Shown here: positions 10,080 through 19,423 of the stretch, piece after piece | Layout of the letters: every line of letters starts with the position of its first letter | Position numbering within the stretch: the first letter of the stretch is position 1 | Assembly (NCBI GenBank): GCA_049516875.1 | Contig: JBEKSS010000001.1 | Location: 256,001 to 320,000 of the forward strand | Direction: 5' to 3' | Origin: Candidatus Bathyarchaeia archaeon | GTDB lineage: Archaea > Thermoproteota > Bathyarchaeia > Bathyarchaeales > Bathycorpusculaceae | Length of the DNA: 64,000 nt | Position numbers and translations under genes: made by a program | The notes under the pieces: model-generated | What the model was told of the DNA's origin: nothing | The model's database searches: none | Seen by the model: the letters and a program-made list of their open reading frames with translations, nothing else

Positions 10080-10112
10080 TTTTCTCGTCCCCGAACATGG
10101 ATTCTTTCGGTC

Positions 10113-10330
10113 GTGAACATACACCTTTTCATGTGAACTACCCTAACCCTAACGGCTAGGGCTTCCTGCTTCAACGACAACGCTTGCCGACACTTCCAGC
10201 AGAGGCTTCGTCTCCACAGGCTCCAAGGGTCGTCCCAACCCCGCTAAACCCCTCTCCAGAATATTGAGAGAGGCATTGTAGTCTCTATCCAAATCTCCAT
10301 GTTTATACTCTTGTGATGTTCCTCTCGGGT
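10113..10330 (-). ncRNA. Predicted TnpB omegaRNA (reRNA) overlapping the tnpB 3' end; guide from flank ~10132-10113 (ATGAAAAGGTGTATGTTCAC)
   Basis: Established TnpB architecture; structured 3' region ending in the right-end hairpin and TCAC. 5' boundary approximate. Confidence 0.6.
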
Positions 10331-11350
10331 TCACCCTCACAATCGACCTACCAGCGTTTTCAGCTTTGTAGGCCAACATCTGAAGTAACCTGCCCCAAGA
10401 GGCATCCAGAATTTTTCCAGCAAGGTTACGGTTTCTAACCATGTTCGTTATGTTCAAATCTTCAACCGCAATCACATCATAGTTGTTGACATAAAACCTT
10501 GAAAGTTTGTGGAGAAAATCATTCCTCTGATTCACGAGTTTCTCATGGAGACATGCCAGTCTCACTCTCTGTCTGCCTCTGCTTTTTGAACCATTCTTCT
10601 TCCTTGAAAGCTCACACTGAGCTACTTGGATTCTGGATAATGTTTTCTCGTAGAACCTCGGGTTCTCAACCTGTCGTCCATCACTATCTGATAAGAAATG
10701 TTTTAACCCGACGTCTATGCCTATGCTTTTGTTCGTTCTAGGCAACGGTTTTGCCGTACTTTCACATTGGAATATCGCATGCCATTTCCCCGAAAGTTCA
10801 CGCTTGATGATTACACCCTTGATTTTTCCCTCGATTGAGCGGTGAAGTTTGATGCTGATTGCTCCAACCTTCGAGAGACACAGCTTCTTTCCATTAAGTC
10901 TAAAGCCAGACTGGTTGAAATTCAATGTTTTGAACCATGCTCCCTTGAACCTGAGCTTTCCTATCTTCCGCCCCTTCGCCTTCATCTTTGATAACGCTCG
11001 AATGTTGCTCCACAGTTGATGGTTGACCATCTGCAAAACTTTAGAATACACTTGATTAAGTTCTGGTTTCTGTTTTTTCAACTCTATAATGAGGTGCTGC
11101 ATTTCTTTCTGACTGAGTTTTAGCCCTTGACTCTTCGCCACATTTAGTTCTTCAAGCAGCCTATTGTATAACCACCTGCACAATTCAAGGTGGTCACATA
11201 ATTTCTGTTCAGTAAATCTTGAGGGGCACAGCCTAAACTTTTGACTCAGCACTAAATGCACAAAAATAACTATTATCCAACGGCTTATAACATTTCAGCT
11301 TTCATCCTCAACGTGAAAGATGGGGACTTCCCACCCGATAAAGTCAAAAA
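10133..11350 (-). mobile_element. Non-autonomous IS200/IS605-family (IS1341-like) element carrying tnpB only
   Basis: Right end on the minus strand reads GAAGCCCTAGCCGTTAGGGTTAGGGTAGTTCAC and ends in TCAC at 10133; left-end hairpin ~11300-11330; no tnpA. Left boundary approximate. Confidence 0.85.
10149..11261 (-). CDS. tnpB: RNA-guided endonuclease TnpB lacking the zinc-ribbon domain
   Basis: HTH RWLYN, RuvC-I GIDVGLKHF, RuvC-II IAVEDLN, RuvC-III DRDYNASLNI. Confidence 0.92.
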   Translation of the reverse strand: MHLVLSQKFRLCPSRFTEQKLCDHLELCRWLYNRLLEELNVAKSQGLKLSQKEMQHLIIELKKQKPELNQVYSKVLQMVNHQLWSNIRALSKMKAKGRKIGKLRFKGAWFKTLNFNQSGFRLNGKKLCLSKVGAISIKLHRSIEGKIKGVIIKRELSGKWHAIFQCESTAKPLPRTNKSIGIDVGLKHFLSDSDGRQVENPRFYEKTLSRIQVAQCELSRKKNGSKSRGRQRVRLACLHEKLVNQRNDFLHKLSRFYVNNYDVIAVEDLNITNMVRNRNLAGKILDASWGRLLQMLAYKAENAGRSIVRVNPRGTSQEYKHGDLDRDYNASLNILERGLAGLGRPLEPVETKPLLEVSASVVVEAGSPSR

Positions 11351-11482
11351 TGTTCGAATCTCTTGCTTTTTCTGAACAGCAAATATTGCACAGCCTATGT
11401 CGCATGTTAGGAATCGTATAGATTTAGGGTGAGGTTTTTATTTGAAAACTGCACACATTAAAGTGGATTGGAACTGATTGCA

Positions 11483-11863
11483 ATGCCAAAACGCAATGGC
11501 CTAGAACAGAGAGCTCTTCAATTCATCACGAACACCGGTTTCAACGGTATTCTTCAATCTGACCTGTGGCATGAACTCGGAGCAACCAGCCGAGAAGGTT
11601 CCAGGATATCGTTGAAGCTAGAGACCAAGGGACTTATCCGTCGAGAGAAGGAGCTTCGTGAAGGAAGATGGACCTTTAGACTCTTCCCAAAGAGGTTGCC
11701 CGCATCAATCGACTCGATAGCCGACTGCCCGTGCCTAATGTGTGCAGACGATCCCAGATGTGACCCCTCAGGCGCACCTTCACCCCAGAGCTGTGACCGC
11801 CTTACAGACTGGCTTCTCTGCATATCCGGAAGTGACCAAGGCGGCATCATGGGTGACAGCTAG
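11483..11863 (+). CDS. TFE-beta / RPC34-like winged-helix protein with C-terminal Fe-S cysteine cluster
   Basis: GILQSDLW..SREGSRI wHTH plus CPCLMC..C..C..LTDWL. Confidence 0.75.
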   Translation: MPKRNGLEQRALQFITNTGFNGILQSDLWHELGATSREGSRISLKLETKGLIRREKELREGRWTFRLFPKRLPASIDSIADCPCLMCADDPRCDPSGAPSPQSCDRLTDWLLCISGSDQGGIMGDS

Positions 11864-11865
11864 TC

Positions 11866-12495
11866 TTGCCCAAAGCATGGATCCAGGATAGAAAAAGAGA
11901 CTATTACTACCAGAAGGCAAAACAAGAAAAGTACCGTTCAAGAGCATCGTACAAGTTGTTTCAGGCCATCAAGAAATATCATCTTATAGAATTCGGTGAC
12001 GTCGTCGTTGACCTGGGCGCGGCGCCTGGAGGATGGATTCAGGCCGCGAGAAAAACTGTTGGAAAGAGAGGTTTCGTTTTGGGTGTTGATTTGAAAACCG
12101 TCGAACCTTTTCCTCAGCCCTACGTTAGGACAATAGTCTGTGACATAACGGAACAGGATGCCGTGCAGCAGATTCTGGAGATGCTTCCGAGAAAAGCTGA
12201 TGTAGTGATTTCAGACGCCTCTCCTAACATCTCGGGAATCTGGGAACTTGACCATGCGCGCCAGATAGATCTAGCCCAACAAGCCCTGCAAATAGCGTTG
12301 GACACGCTTAGGCCCGGTGGCAACTTTTTCGTGAAGGTTTTCCAAGGAGACATGCTTGACGATTATACGCACAAAGTTAAGCAATACTTTGAAACTGTCT
12401 TGGTGATAAAACCAAAGGCAAGCAGGGCCAAAAGCTCGGAAATGTTCATTTTAGGACGATGTTTGGAAAAGCCCCGATTTGAACAGCAAACATAA
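11866..12495 (+). CDS. rlmE: 23S rRNA 2'-O-methyltransferase RlmE/FtsJ
   Basis: YRSRASYKL, DLGAAPGGW, SDASPN, KVFQG, KPKASR..SSE. Confidence 0.95.
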   Translation: MPKAWIQDRKRDYYYQKAKQEKYRSRASYKLFQAIKKYHLIEFGDVVVDLGAAPGGWIQAARKTVGKRGFVLGVDLKTVEPFPQPYVRTIVCDITEQDAVQQILEMLPRKADVVISDASPNISGIWELDHARQIDLAQQALQIALDTLRPGGNFFVKVFQGDMLDDYTHKVKQYFETVLVIKPKASRAKSSEMFILGRCLEKPRFEQQT

Positions 12496-12524
12496 ATCTT
12501 ATCGATTGGCCTATAGTAAACGCG

Positions 12525-13226
12525 GTGAAAAACCTGAGAATCATTGCCGCAGACTCCTCTGCAGCCGTGCTGAACGAGAAGTTCGAACCTTTATCGATTG
12601 TCGCGGCAGCCTCAGTCCTAGTCGTCCCGCCCTACAGAGAAGCGAGCACGCGCTTGGCCGAACCGATTTTTGTTAATGCAACCAACGGATCCGAGGTTGT
12701 GGTGCACGAAGCAGAACTCTGCAGGGAACTCATCGGAAAAGTTGGCGCTGATGTTGTGCATCTTGACATGTCCCTGGGGTCAACCCCTGTTGAACAGCTT
12801 TCGCCGATCCAATTCACTAACATGAAGATCTCCTCAAGAGCAAGACAGCATCTTCTGAAGATCTTGCCGCGAATAAGAAAGATTGCAAATGAAATAACCC
12901 TGAAATATGGGGCGGACGTGTTGGCCATAGGCAAGGAAAGCATTCCCGTGAGGGTTGCGGAGTTGACAGCAGGTGCGCACGCAATACTGTACACGGCTGA
13001 AAAGGCCGTCGATGAGAAGAAGGCGATCCTTCTGGGTTTGCCGTCCAGGTGCCAACCCCGTTTTGCTGAAGGCGCCGTGTATCTCTACTCGCTTATGGCT
13101 GCGGAACACGACGTGAGAGGTTTTGCAGAAGATCCAAGGGGAATTTTGGGCAAGATTAATATTATGGAGATGTTAAACCCAGTTGCAAGAGGCTTCCGAA
13201 CCTTAAGGATAACACCAAAGCACTGA
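12525..13226 (+). CDS. DUF4152 family protein
   Basis: IIAADSSAA, VVHLDMSLG, GKESIPVRVAEL. Confidence 0.7.
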   Translation: MKNLRIIAADSSAAVLNEKFEPLSIVAAASVLVVPPYREASTRLAEPIFVNATNGSEVVVHEAELCRELIGKVGADVVHLDMSLGSTPVEQLSPIQFTNMKISSRARQHLLKILPRIRKIANEITLKYGADVLAIGKESIPVRVAELTAGAHAILYTAEKAVDEKKAILLGLPSRCQPRFAEGAVYLYSLMAAEHDVRGFAEDPRGILGKINIMEMLNPVARGFRTLRITPKH

Positions 13227-13243
13227 AAGAGGATGGCTGGAAC

Positions 13244-13798
13244 GTGAACTTAGAATTTTGGAAAAAGGCTTCGCCCATGCGCAGAAGAATCATAACAATT
13301 CTCCTAGTTTTTGTGGCAGCCGTGATTCTAACTGTCATTGCAACACTCACGCCCATGACACAACAGAACGCAGTCGCAACCAACAACGACATCAACCAGA
13401 CAGTCAACACAATGAAGGCAAATGATGCACTGTTGCAGTATATTTATGGACAGAATTTCATGATCACCATGCTATTGTTCGTGCCTTTTATAGGCCCCGT
13501 CCTAGGATTTGTTACGTTTTATAACACTGGCGTGGCGTTAGGAGCCGAGTTTAGGGCACAAGTACCAAGTGTTCCTCCCCCCTTGGTTTTCTCGGTGGAG
13601 TTTATTGACCCCATTTTTTGGTTAGAGTTTGTGTCCTATTCAATAGCTATCGCCGGAGGTATTTGGCTATCGGCCCGAATATTGCAAGGAAGCGCCAGAC
13701 ACGAAATAAGGAACACAGCCAAGTTCATTTCAGTGTGTGCGGTCCTACTTCTCATAAGCGCTGTCATAGAAGCAACTTTGATATACGCGAGTTCGTAG
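13244..13798 (+). CDS. Stage II sporulation protein M (SpoIIM/DUF95) family membrane protein
   Basis: FVPFIGP, FYNTG, LEFVSYSIA, LLISAVIE. Confidence 0.75.
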   Translation: MNLEFWKKASPMRRRIITILLVFVAAVILTVIATLTPMTQQNAVATNNDINQTVNTMKANDALLQYIYGQNFMITMLLFVPFIGPVLGFVTFYNTGVALGAEFRAQVPSVPPPLVFSVEFIDPIFWLEFVSYSIAIAGGIWLSARILQGSARHEIRNTAKFISVCAVLLLISAVIEATLIYASS

Positions 13799-13841
13799 AG
13801 GTTCTGCACGTTCTGGGCTCCTTTTGCGCGGTATGACGGCT

Positions 13842-14708
13842 CTATTTTCCAAGAACCTTTACGACTTTCATGTTTATGTCTAAAGCCTTTGCACTCTCTG
13901 TTATTTCTCCCAAGCTTACGATGTCAACTTTCTTAGAGGCAAACTCGATAACGTTTTCAGTCGTGATTCCACCGCTCGCTTCCAGCAACACTTTTCCAAA
14001 GAACCCGGCTTTCTCCAGAACTTTCATCGCCCCTCCTATTTGTTTTGGAGAGAAATTATCAAGCATGATTACGTCTGCTCCTGCCACTGCAGCTTCTAGA
14101 GCGTCAGCGGCGCTGGTTACTTCAACCTCAATTTTTTTGCTGAATGAAGCTCTTTTCCTAGCGCCTCTGACAGCTTTTTGTAGGCTTCCGGCCATTACAA
14201 TGTGGTTGTCTTTTATCAATATCATGTCGTCGAGATGAAGCCTGTGTGTGTCGCCGCCCCCCACAAAAACTGCTTTCTTATCAAAGTATAGAAGCCCCGG
14301 AGCTGTCTTCCGAGTACACGCGACTTTCGTTTTGAGTTTGGCCTTTTGGATTTTTTTCACTAGCTGCCTCGTGGTAGTTGCTATGCCACTCATGCGCGAA
14401 AGGAGGTTGAGTAGTGTTCGCTCCGCCGACAGGATTGTCCTTGCGTCACCCGATATCTTCATCATGACCTGATTAGCCGCTATTTTATCTCCGTCTTTGA
14501 GTGAAGCTTGAACCTTAAGTCCTAGGCTTTCAAGAAGGACTGTGGCTTCTTCGATACCAGCGGCAACCCCCAGCTCTTTGCATCTGACCTCAGCTTCTGC
14601 GGTTGCTCCGGCTGGAACTATCAGTGCGGTGGTTATGTCTCCTTCCCCTACGTCTTCGGCCAATAATTTCAGAAGCTTCTCTTCCAGAATCTTACGGGGC
14701 AAGAACAT
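13842..14708 (-). CDS. nadC: Nicotinate-nucleotide diphosphorylase (carboxylating)
   Basis: EDVGEGDITT, TRKTAPG, HRLHLDD, IKDNH, EASGGI. Confidence 0.95.
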   Translation of the reverse strand: MFLPRKILEEKLLKLLAEDVGEGDITTALIVPAGATAEAEVRCKELGVAAGIEEATVLLESLGLKVQASLKDGDKIAANQVMMKISGDARTILSAERTLLNLLSRMSGIATTTRQLVKKIQKAKLKTKVACTRKTAPGLLYFDKKAVFVGGGDTHRLHLDDMILIKDNHIVMAGSLQKAVRGARKRASFSKKIEVEVTSAADALEAAVAGADVIMLDNFSPKQIGGAMKVLEKAGFFGKVLLEASGGITTENVIEFASKKVDIVSLGEITESAKALDINMKVVKVLGK

Positions 14709-14745
14709 ACTCGTACTTTTTGATCTTCTAGCCTAAAATACTTGC

Positions 14746-15915
14746 TTATTTTTCAACCATCTCAATTACCGTTCTAGCAGCGTTTTCCAAGCCGTTGTGC
14801 TTCAGCGCTTCTTCTTGAATCTGTGCAAGTCTTTCGCCAGTTTCCGCTTGCAGACCTCTTTGAACCTTTTCCAGCAGTCTTTCTTTGGTCAGGTATTCTT
14901 GCAGGACAATTTGCGCGACGCCGAGTTTCTGCGCTTGTCTCGCGTTCGTAAGCTGCTCAGTGTGGCTTGGTGTGGGCACGAGTATTACGGGCTTGCCGTA
15001 GCACATGCACTGGGTTATTGTTCCGTGACCAGCACGACCTATTACAAGATCGCAAGCTTTCAGGTATTCGAAGCGGCTAGGCAGCCATTTGTAGATTGTC
15101 ACGTTGCCATGCCGTATGGGTTTGCTGTCGGCGCTCGGGTAGCCGTATGACACCACGATTTCATATTCTTCTGGAAACTCAAGCAGGATTCTCCTGAGAA
15201 TACCAGTTACGAAGGCTTTTTCCAACGTTGGACCGCTTATCGGTGCGAAGATAACCGGTCTGTCTAGGGGCAGCTTCAGTTTTCTGCGCAGTTCCTCTTT
15301 CGTCAGCAGTTCATCCGGACGTTTAGGCAATATCGGGCCTATCAGTGTTACATTCTTTCTGAAGGATTTTGGGATGTTCAGGTTGCCTTCGCATATCGTG
15401 TATGGTTGGGGGAAATCCGGTATTAGAACGGTGTTTCCGCTGGTCCACATTTTTCCAACGATTGCGAGTGCAATGGAGTCAGCCAGTCTTGCCAAGCGCA
15501 GATAGTGTGATCTTCGCGGGGTTATGAGTTGAAACTCGTTCAATATGCAGATTCTGGGGATTCCCAACATTCTGCCTGCCACTAATGGCGAGATTCGGGA
15601 GTCTGAAACGATGACGTCGGGTTTGAAGTGCTGGATGGTCTTCACTTCTGAGTTGACTTGCTTCAGAAGGGTGAAGGAGGCGAAGAAGGGACCCGGGTTG
15701 ACCACTGTTTGTCTGAAGTCAACGCTTCCGTCCGGTTTGACTTGAAAGCCAATTGGCGGGGCCTTTATGAGGGGAAAACCCTCTTGCTTAACGTAGTTTA
15801 TGCCCTCTCGGTAAGTAGAAAACATCATTTCGGCATTCTTGAGTTTTCTTGCTATTGGAATGCATCTTCCAACATGTCCCAAACCGATGCCGCACGGAGC
15901 AAAATAAACCCTCAT
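14746..15915 (-). CDS. GT-B glycosyltransferase (GT28/MurG-like, MJ1255-type)
   Basis: GIGLGHVGR, RAGHGT, HTEQLTNA. Confidence 0.8.
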   Translation of the reverse strand: MRVYFAPCGIGLGHVGRCIPIARKLKNAEMMFSTYREGINYVKQEGFPLIKAPPIGFQVKPDGSVDFRQTVVNPGPFFASFTLLKQVNSEVKTIQHFKPDVIVSDSRISPLVAGRMLGIPRICILNEFQLITPRRSHYLRLARLADSIALAIVGKMWTSGNTVLIPDFPQPYTICEGNLNIPKSFRKNVTLIGPILPKRPDELLTKEELRRKLKLPLDRPVIFAPISGPTLEKAFVTGILRRILLEFPEEYEIVVSYGYPSADSKPIRHGNVTIYKWLPSRFEYLKACDLVIGRAGHGTITQCMCYGKPVILVPTPSHTEQLTNARQAQKLGVAQIVLQEYLTKERLLEKVQRGLQAETGERLAQIQEEALKHNGLENAARTVIEMVEK

Positions 15916-15919
15916 CCGA

Positions 15920-16546
15920 CTATTTCCCGCCGAGGGCCTTCTGTTTTATGTCACCTCGTGGTTTCTCTTCTTCGAAGATTATGGCCTGGAACTTGTAGAT
16001 TTTCGTACCCTGTCGAAGCCAGTAATCTGCGAGTAGGCCGGCTTTGTTGCAGCATTGGCACAGAAATTCCTGTGCGTCCCATCCCCACTCAACTGGCACC
16101 TGGGGCAGCAGTAATCCTTTGTAGATGCCTCTCTCAACGATGAGACCGTCCTCTCCGACCGTGATTTTTGTACAGTATTCTCTCGGGTTCTTCACTTCTA
16201 TCAGCTTTGGCGGTGTGAGAACGCTCACCTCGAAGACTACATTTTCAAGTTCGTTTAACGAGAGCGGGGAAAAACGTGGGTCTTGAGTCGCCGCGTTTAT
16301 TGCAGAGTCGATTACCGCTTGCGCCAAAGGCAACGTCGGATAGGGGAAACCGATGCATCCTCTTAATTCCTTTTCTCCTTTCGCTACACTGTTTATTGTG
16401 ACGAAAACACCGCACGGTTGCAGAAGCTTTCCAGACAGGTTTTCTGGTACATCTATGCTTTTCCCTGTTTTCAGGTAGTATTCGACAGCTTTGTGGGCGA
16501 GTTCGACGAGGAATGTTCCTTCTCTTTGACTTAGTTGAAATGACAA
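15920..16546 (-). CDS. AMMECR1 / AmmeMemoRadiSam protein A (TIGR00296)
   Basis: GVFVT, LRGCIG, DPRF, GLLLPQV. Confidence 0.92.
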   Translation of the reverse strand: MSFQLSQREGTFLVELAHKAVEYYLKTGKSIDVPENLSGKLLQPCGVFVTINSVAKGEKELRGCIGFPYPTLPLAQAVIDSAINAATQDPRFSPLSLNELENVVFEVSVLTPPKLIEVKNPREYCTKITVGEDGLIVERGIYKGLLLPQVPVEWGWDAQEFLCQCCNKAGLLADYWLRQGTKIYKFQAIIFEEEKPRGDIKQKALGGK

Positions 16547-16619
16547 CTATGCCTTCCCCCTTAAGGGCATACGCCAGTATGTTGGACGAATGTTTAAGTG
16601 TTTGCAAAAAAAATCTGAT

Positions 16620-17240
16620 TTAGAATTTTGTTGATTCTTCTTGTATTCCGTCTTTAGTTATTATCAGAAAATCTGTTCCATCGCCGCTCATGATGTCCCT
16701 GCTTATGGCGGATTTCATCGCTCTGACAACCAGCTCTTTTGCTTCTTGGGCGCTCATGTTTTCCTTGTATCCTTCTTCTACTACTCCCATGGCGATTTCC
16801 GTTCCTGAGCCTACGACGGTGTATTTGTCAGGCAGCACTGAGCCCAGAGGATCCAGTGAGTAGAGTGATGGTCCTTCGTCGTCTATTCCGCCCACGATTG
16901 TCTGTGTGATTAAGGGGGCTAGGCGCCGGTTGAAGAGCAGGTTTGACATGAGTTTAGCCGTTGATCTCACCGAGATTGGCCTGCCAGCGTCGAACTTGAA
17001 CAGGTTTACATAGGCTTCCACTTCTCTTATTAGAACTTGCATGTCCGAAACCAGTCCAGCGCATGCAGCGCCGATCGTATCTGTTATCTTGAAGACTTTT
17101 TTCCCGGTTTTGCTGACGACGAGGTAGCCGTATGAGACACGTTTTTCAGAGGCCAGAATGACGCCGTCTTTAAACGTTAAGCCTATGGTGGTTGCCCCTG
17201 GAATGAACATGTAACCGTTTTGCTGTGATTGTTTCTCCAT
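16620..17240 (-). CDS. psmB: Proteasome beta subunit (probably non-catalytic type)
   Basis: ATTIGL..KDGVILASEKR, GSG, RDIMSGDG; start moved to MEKQSQ. Confidence 0.92.
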   Translation of the reverse strand: MEKQSQQNGYMFIPGATTIGLTFKDGVILASEKRVSYGYLVVSKTGKKVFKITDTIGAACAGLVSDMQVLIREVEAYVNLFKFDAGRPISVRSTAKLMSNLLFNRRLAPLITQTIVGGIDDEGPSLYSLDPLGSVLPDKYTVVGSGTEIAMGVVEEGYKENMSAQEAKELVVRAMKSAISRDIMSGDGTDFLIITKDGIQEESTKF

Positions 17241-17321
17241 GTCAGACACCTTTCTCGCTTTTATGCACGGACAACCTATTAAACTTAATGTCCTAAGAAT
17301 ATCTTTAGGGGGCAAGTCGAA

Positions 17322-17915
17322 ATGGTGAGTGTTTACGCGGAAAAAGCTGGAAACGTGTGGTTTGGCGTTGCATTCAGCGGTGAGCGTGTCTATGCGACCG
17401 CATTTGGCTCCAGTGAAAAGTGGGTTCTGCAAAGCTTGAGGGAGAGTGTCCCATCGAATGTTCCCCTCCAACGCGTGGAGAAAACCAAGTTTGCTGAACT
17501 CGTGATTGCCGTCTTGAAGGATGTCTACGATGGAAAATATGTTTCTAAGAATCTTCGGTTCGTAACTGAATACTTGTCCAAATACGCTAAGAGGGTCATT
17601 GAAACCGTCTGTATGATTCCCTCAGGTTACGTTGCTTCTTACGGGGGAGTCGCTCATGCTGCGGGTGGAAGCCCAAGGGCCGTTGGAGGCATCATGGCTT
17701 CAAACCCTTTTGCGCCGCTCTGCCCGTGTCACAGAGTCGTTGGCTCAGATTTCCAGCTTTGCGGCTATGGTGGCGGTTTAGATGTGAAACTGGCGTTCTT
17801 GAAGCGGGAACGCAGAGGTTACTCTTCCAAGAAGGTGATTAATGCGGGCGGCGGGAAGCTGGAGCTGTTTCCCGTTGAATTTGTGTTGGACAGGGTAGAG
17901 AAGGGTAAACGTTAA
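17322..17915 (+). CDS. ogt: Methylated-DNA-protein-cysteine methyltransferase
   Basis: SYG..A, PRAVG, PCHRVV active site. Confidence 0.9.
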   Translation: MVSVYAEKAGNVWFGVAFSGERVYATAFGSSEKWVLQSLRESVPSNVPLQRVEKTKFAELVIAVLKDVYDGKYVSKNLRFVTEYLSKYAKRVIETVCMIPSGYVASYGGVAHAAGGSPRAVGGIMASNPFAPLCPCHRVVGSDFQLCGYGGGLDVKLAFLKRERRGYSSKKVINAGGGKLELFPVEFVLDRVEKGKR

Positions 17916-17954
17916 TTGAGCTTGTACTCGTAATAACGTGGCTGGTGGCGTTCT

Positions 17955-18479
17955 ATGACTAAACGCGGATTGTATGTTGGAAGATTTCAGCCTTTTCATC
18001 TGGGTCACCTCAGCGCGGTAAAGGCTGTTTTGGAGGACGTTGATGAACTCGTGATTGCCGTTGGTAGCGCACAGTACAGCCACACTACAGCCAATCCCTT
18101 CACTGCAGGTGAGAGGTTGACGATGGTTCGTTTGGCATTGGAAGAGGCGCGTCTGGATAGTAGGCGAGTTTGGGTCGTGCCCGTGCCTGATGTGCACTTG
18201 CACATGCTTTGGGTTTCCGCTCTGGAGGGATACACTCCTAAGTTTGAAATTGTGTATTCCAATGAGCCTTTAACGCGAAGGCTTTTCACGGAAGCTGGGT
18301 ACAAGGTGAAGGCGATTCAGTTTTTCGAAAGGAAGGTCTTCTCTTCGACCGACATCAGGGCGAAGATGGTTGAGGGTGAGAGCTGGAAGAATCTTGTTCC
18401 AAAGAGTGTGGCCGCTTTCATAGCAGAGATAGACGGGGTCAACAGGCTCAGCGATTTGACGAAGAGTGACAAGGCTTAG
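17955..18479 (+). CDS. nadM: Nicotinamide-nucleotide adenylyltransferase
   Basis: GRFQPFHLGH, GSAQ, NPFTAGER. Confidence 0.93.
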   Translation: MTKRGLYVGRFQPFHLGHLSAVKAVLEDVDELVIAVGSAQYSHTTANPFTAGERLTMVRLALEEARLDSRRVWVVPVPDVHLHMLWVSALEGYTPKFEIVYSNEPLTRRLFTEAGYKVKAIQFFERKVFSSTDIRAKMVEGESWKNLVPKSVAAFIAEIDGVNRLSDLTKSDKA

Positions 18480-18558
18480 CGCGCATGTGGGTAAGCAACG
18501 AGATCAGCAACGTCGGATAGAAGGCAGATAGAGGGCTTGCACTTTTTGATTCCAGACG

Positions 18559-19356
18559 TTACGACCGATAAAGCACGACCTCGTCTCCGGCTTCTACGTT
18601 AAAGATGTTACGGGCATTCCCATGATTTACGGAGATTTCGAGGAAGTTGTGGCTTCCGATAATGGCTAGTGGCTGTTGCTTCTCAAGGTCACCATAAGCT
18701 TTGCACAACTTCAACGTTACCTTCTCATTTCTGACCCTAACGGTCACCGAATTTTTCGCTTTCATCGCCTCAAGCTCTCTTGCTCCGAAATTTGTTATTA
18801 TGTTTCCGAAATCGTCCGTGTGAATGACTTGGCCTTCCAGTGAATCTTTTTTTCTGACAATTTTGGCGAATTCTGGCGTTGCCATCTGATGAATCTCCGG
18901 TCCCAGTTCAGCGGGACATATGCCATTTGCCACGTGAGCTGCTGTCGGCGCGAAGATGTCTCTTCCATGAAAGGTGTTGGAAACCTTTGGCAACATGAGT
19001 TCTGGATTGGTTATCCTGTAAACGTGCGTCTCCCCGCCAATGTTCTTCACAGCCAAGGCCAATACGCCGTTGTCAGGCCCAACAAAGCAGCCTTTCTTCG
19101 TCTGTACGATTATGGGCTGTCTCTTTGTTCCAACACCAGGATCCACAACTGCCACGTGAACAGTGCTCTTGGGAAAATATGGAGAGGCTGCGGCTAGGAC
19201 ATAGGCGCCCATCCTCACGTTAAACTTCTCTACATGATGGGTTATGTCAACAATCGTTGCGTTTGGGCTTATGCCCAGAACTACTGCCTTCATCTCCGCA
19301 ACGTAAGGGTCTCTTAATCCAAAATCGGTTGTCAGAGTGATTAGTGGGCAACGCAT
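18559..19356 (-). CDS. SAM hydroxide adenosyltransferase / chlorinase-fluorinase family (DUF62)
   Basis: TTDFG, VVDPGVG, GPDNG, TFHGRDIF, DDFGN. Confidence 0.9.
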   Translation of the reverse strand: MRCPLITLTTDFGLRDPYVAEMKAVVLGISPNATIVDITHHVEKFNVRMGAYVLAAASPYFPKSTVHVAVVDPGVGTKRQPIIVQTKKGCFVGPDNGVLALAVKNIGGETHVYRITNPELMLPKVSNTFHGRDIFAPTAAHVANGICPAELGPEIHQMATPEFAKIVRKKDSLEGQVIHTDDFGNIITNFGARELEAMKAKNSVTVRVRNEKVTLKLCKAYGDLEKQQPLAIIGSHNFLEISVNHGNARNIFNVEAGDEVVLYRS

Positions 19357-19423
19357 GTTGCTTTATTTATAAATGACACAGGATAATTAGATTTCTACAC
19401 TTCACACAAACCGATGGTCCAAG

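Noticed and set aside
10140-10153. Telomere-like CCCTAACCCTAA
   Set aside because: It is part of the IS right-end hairpin arm, with only two units.
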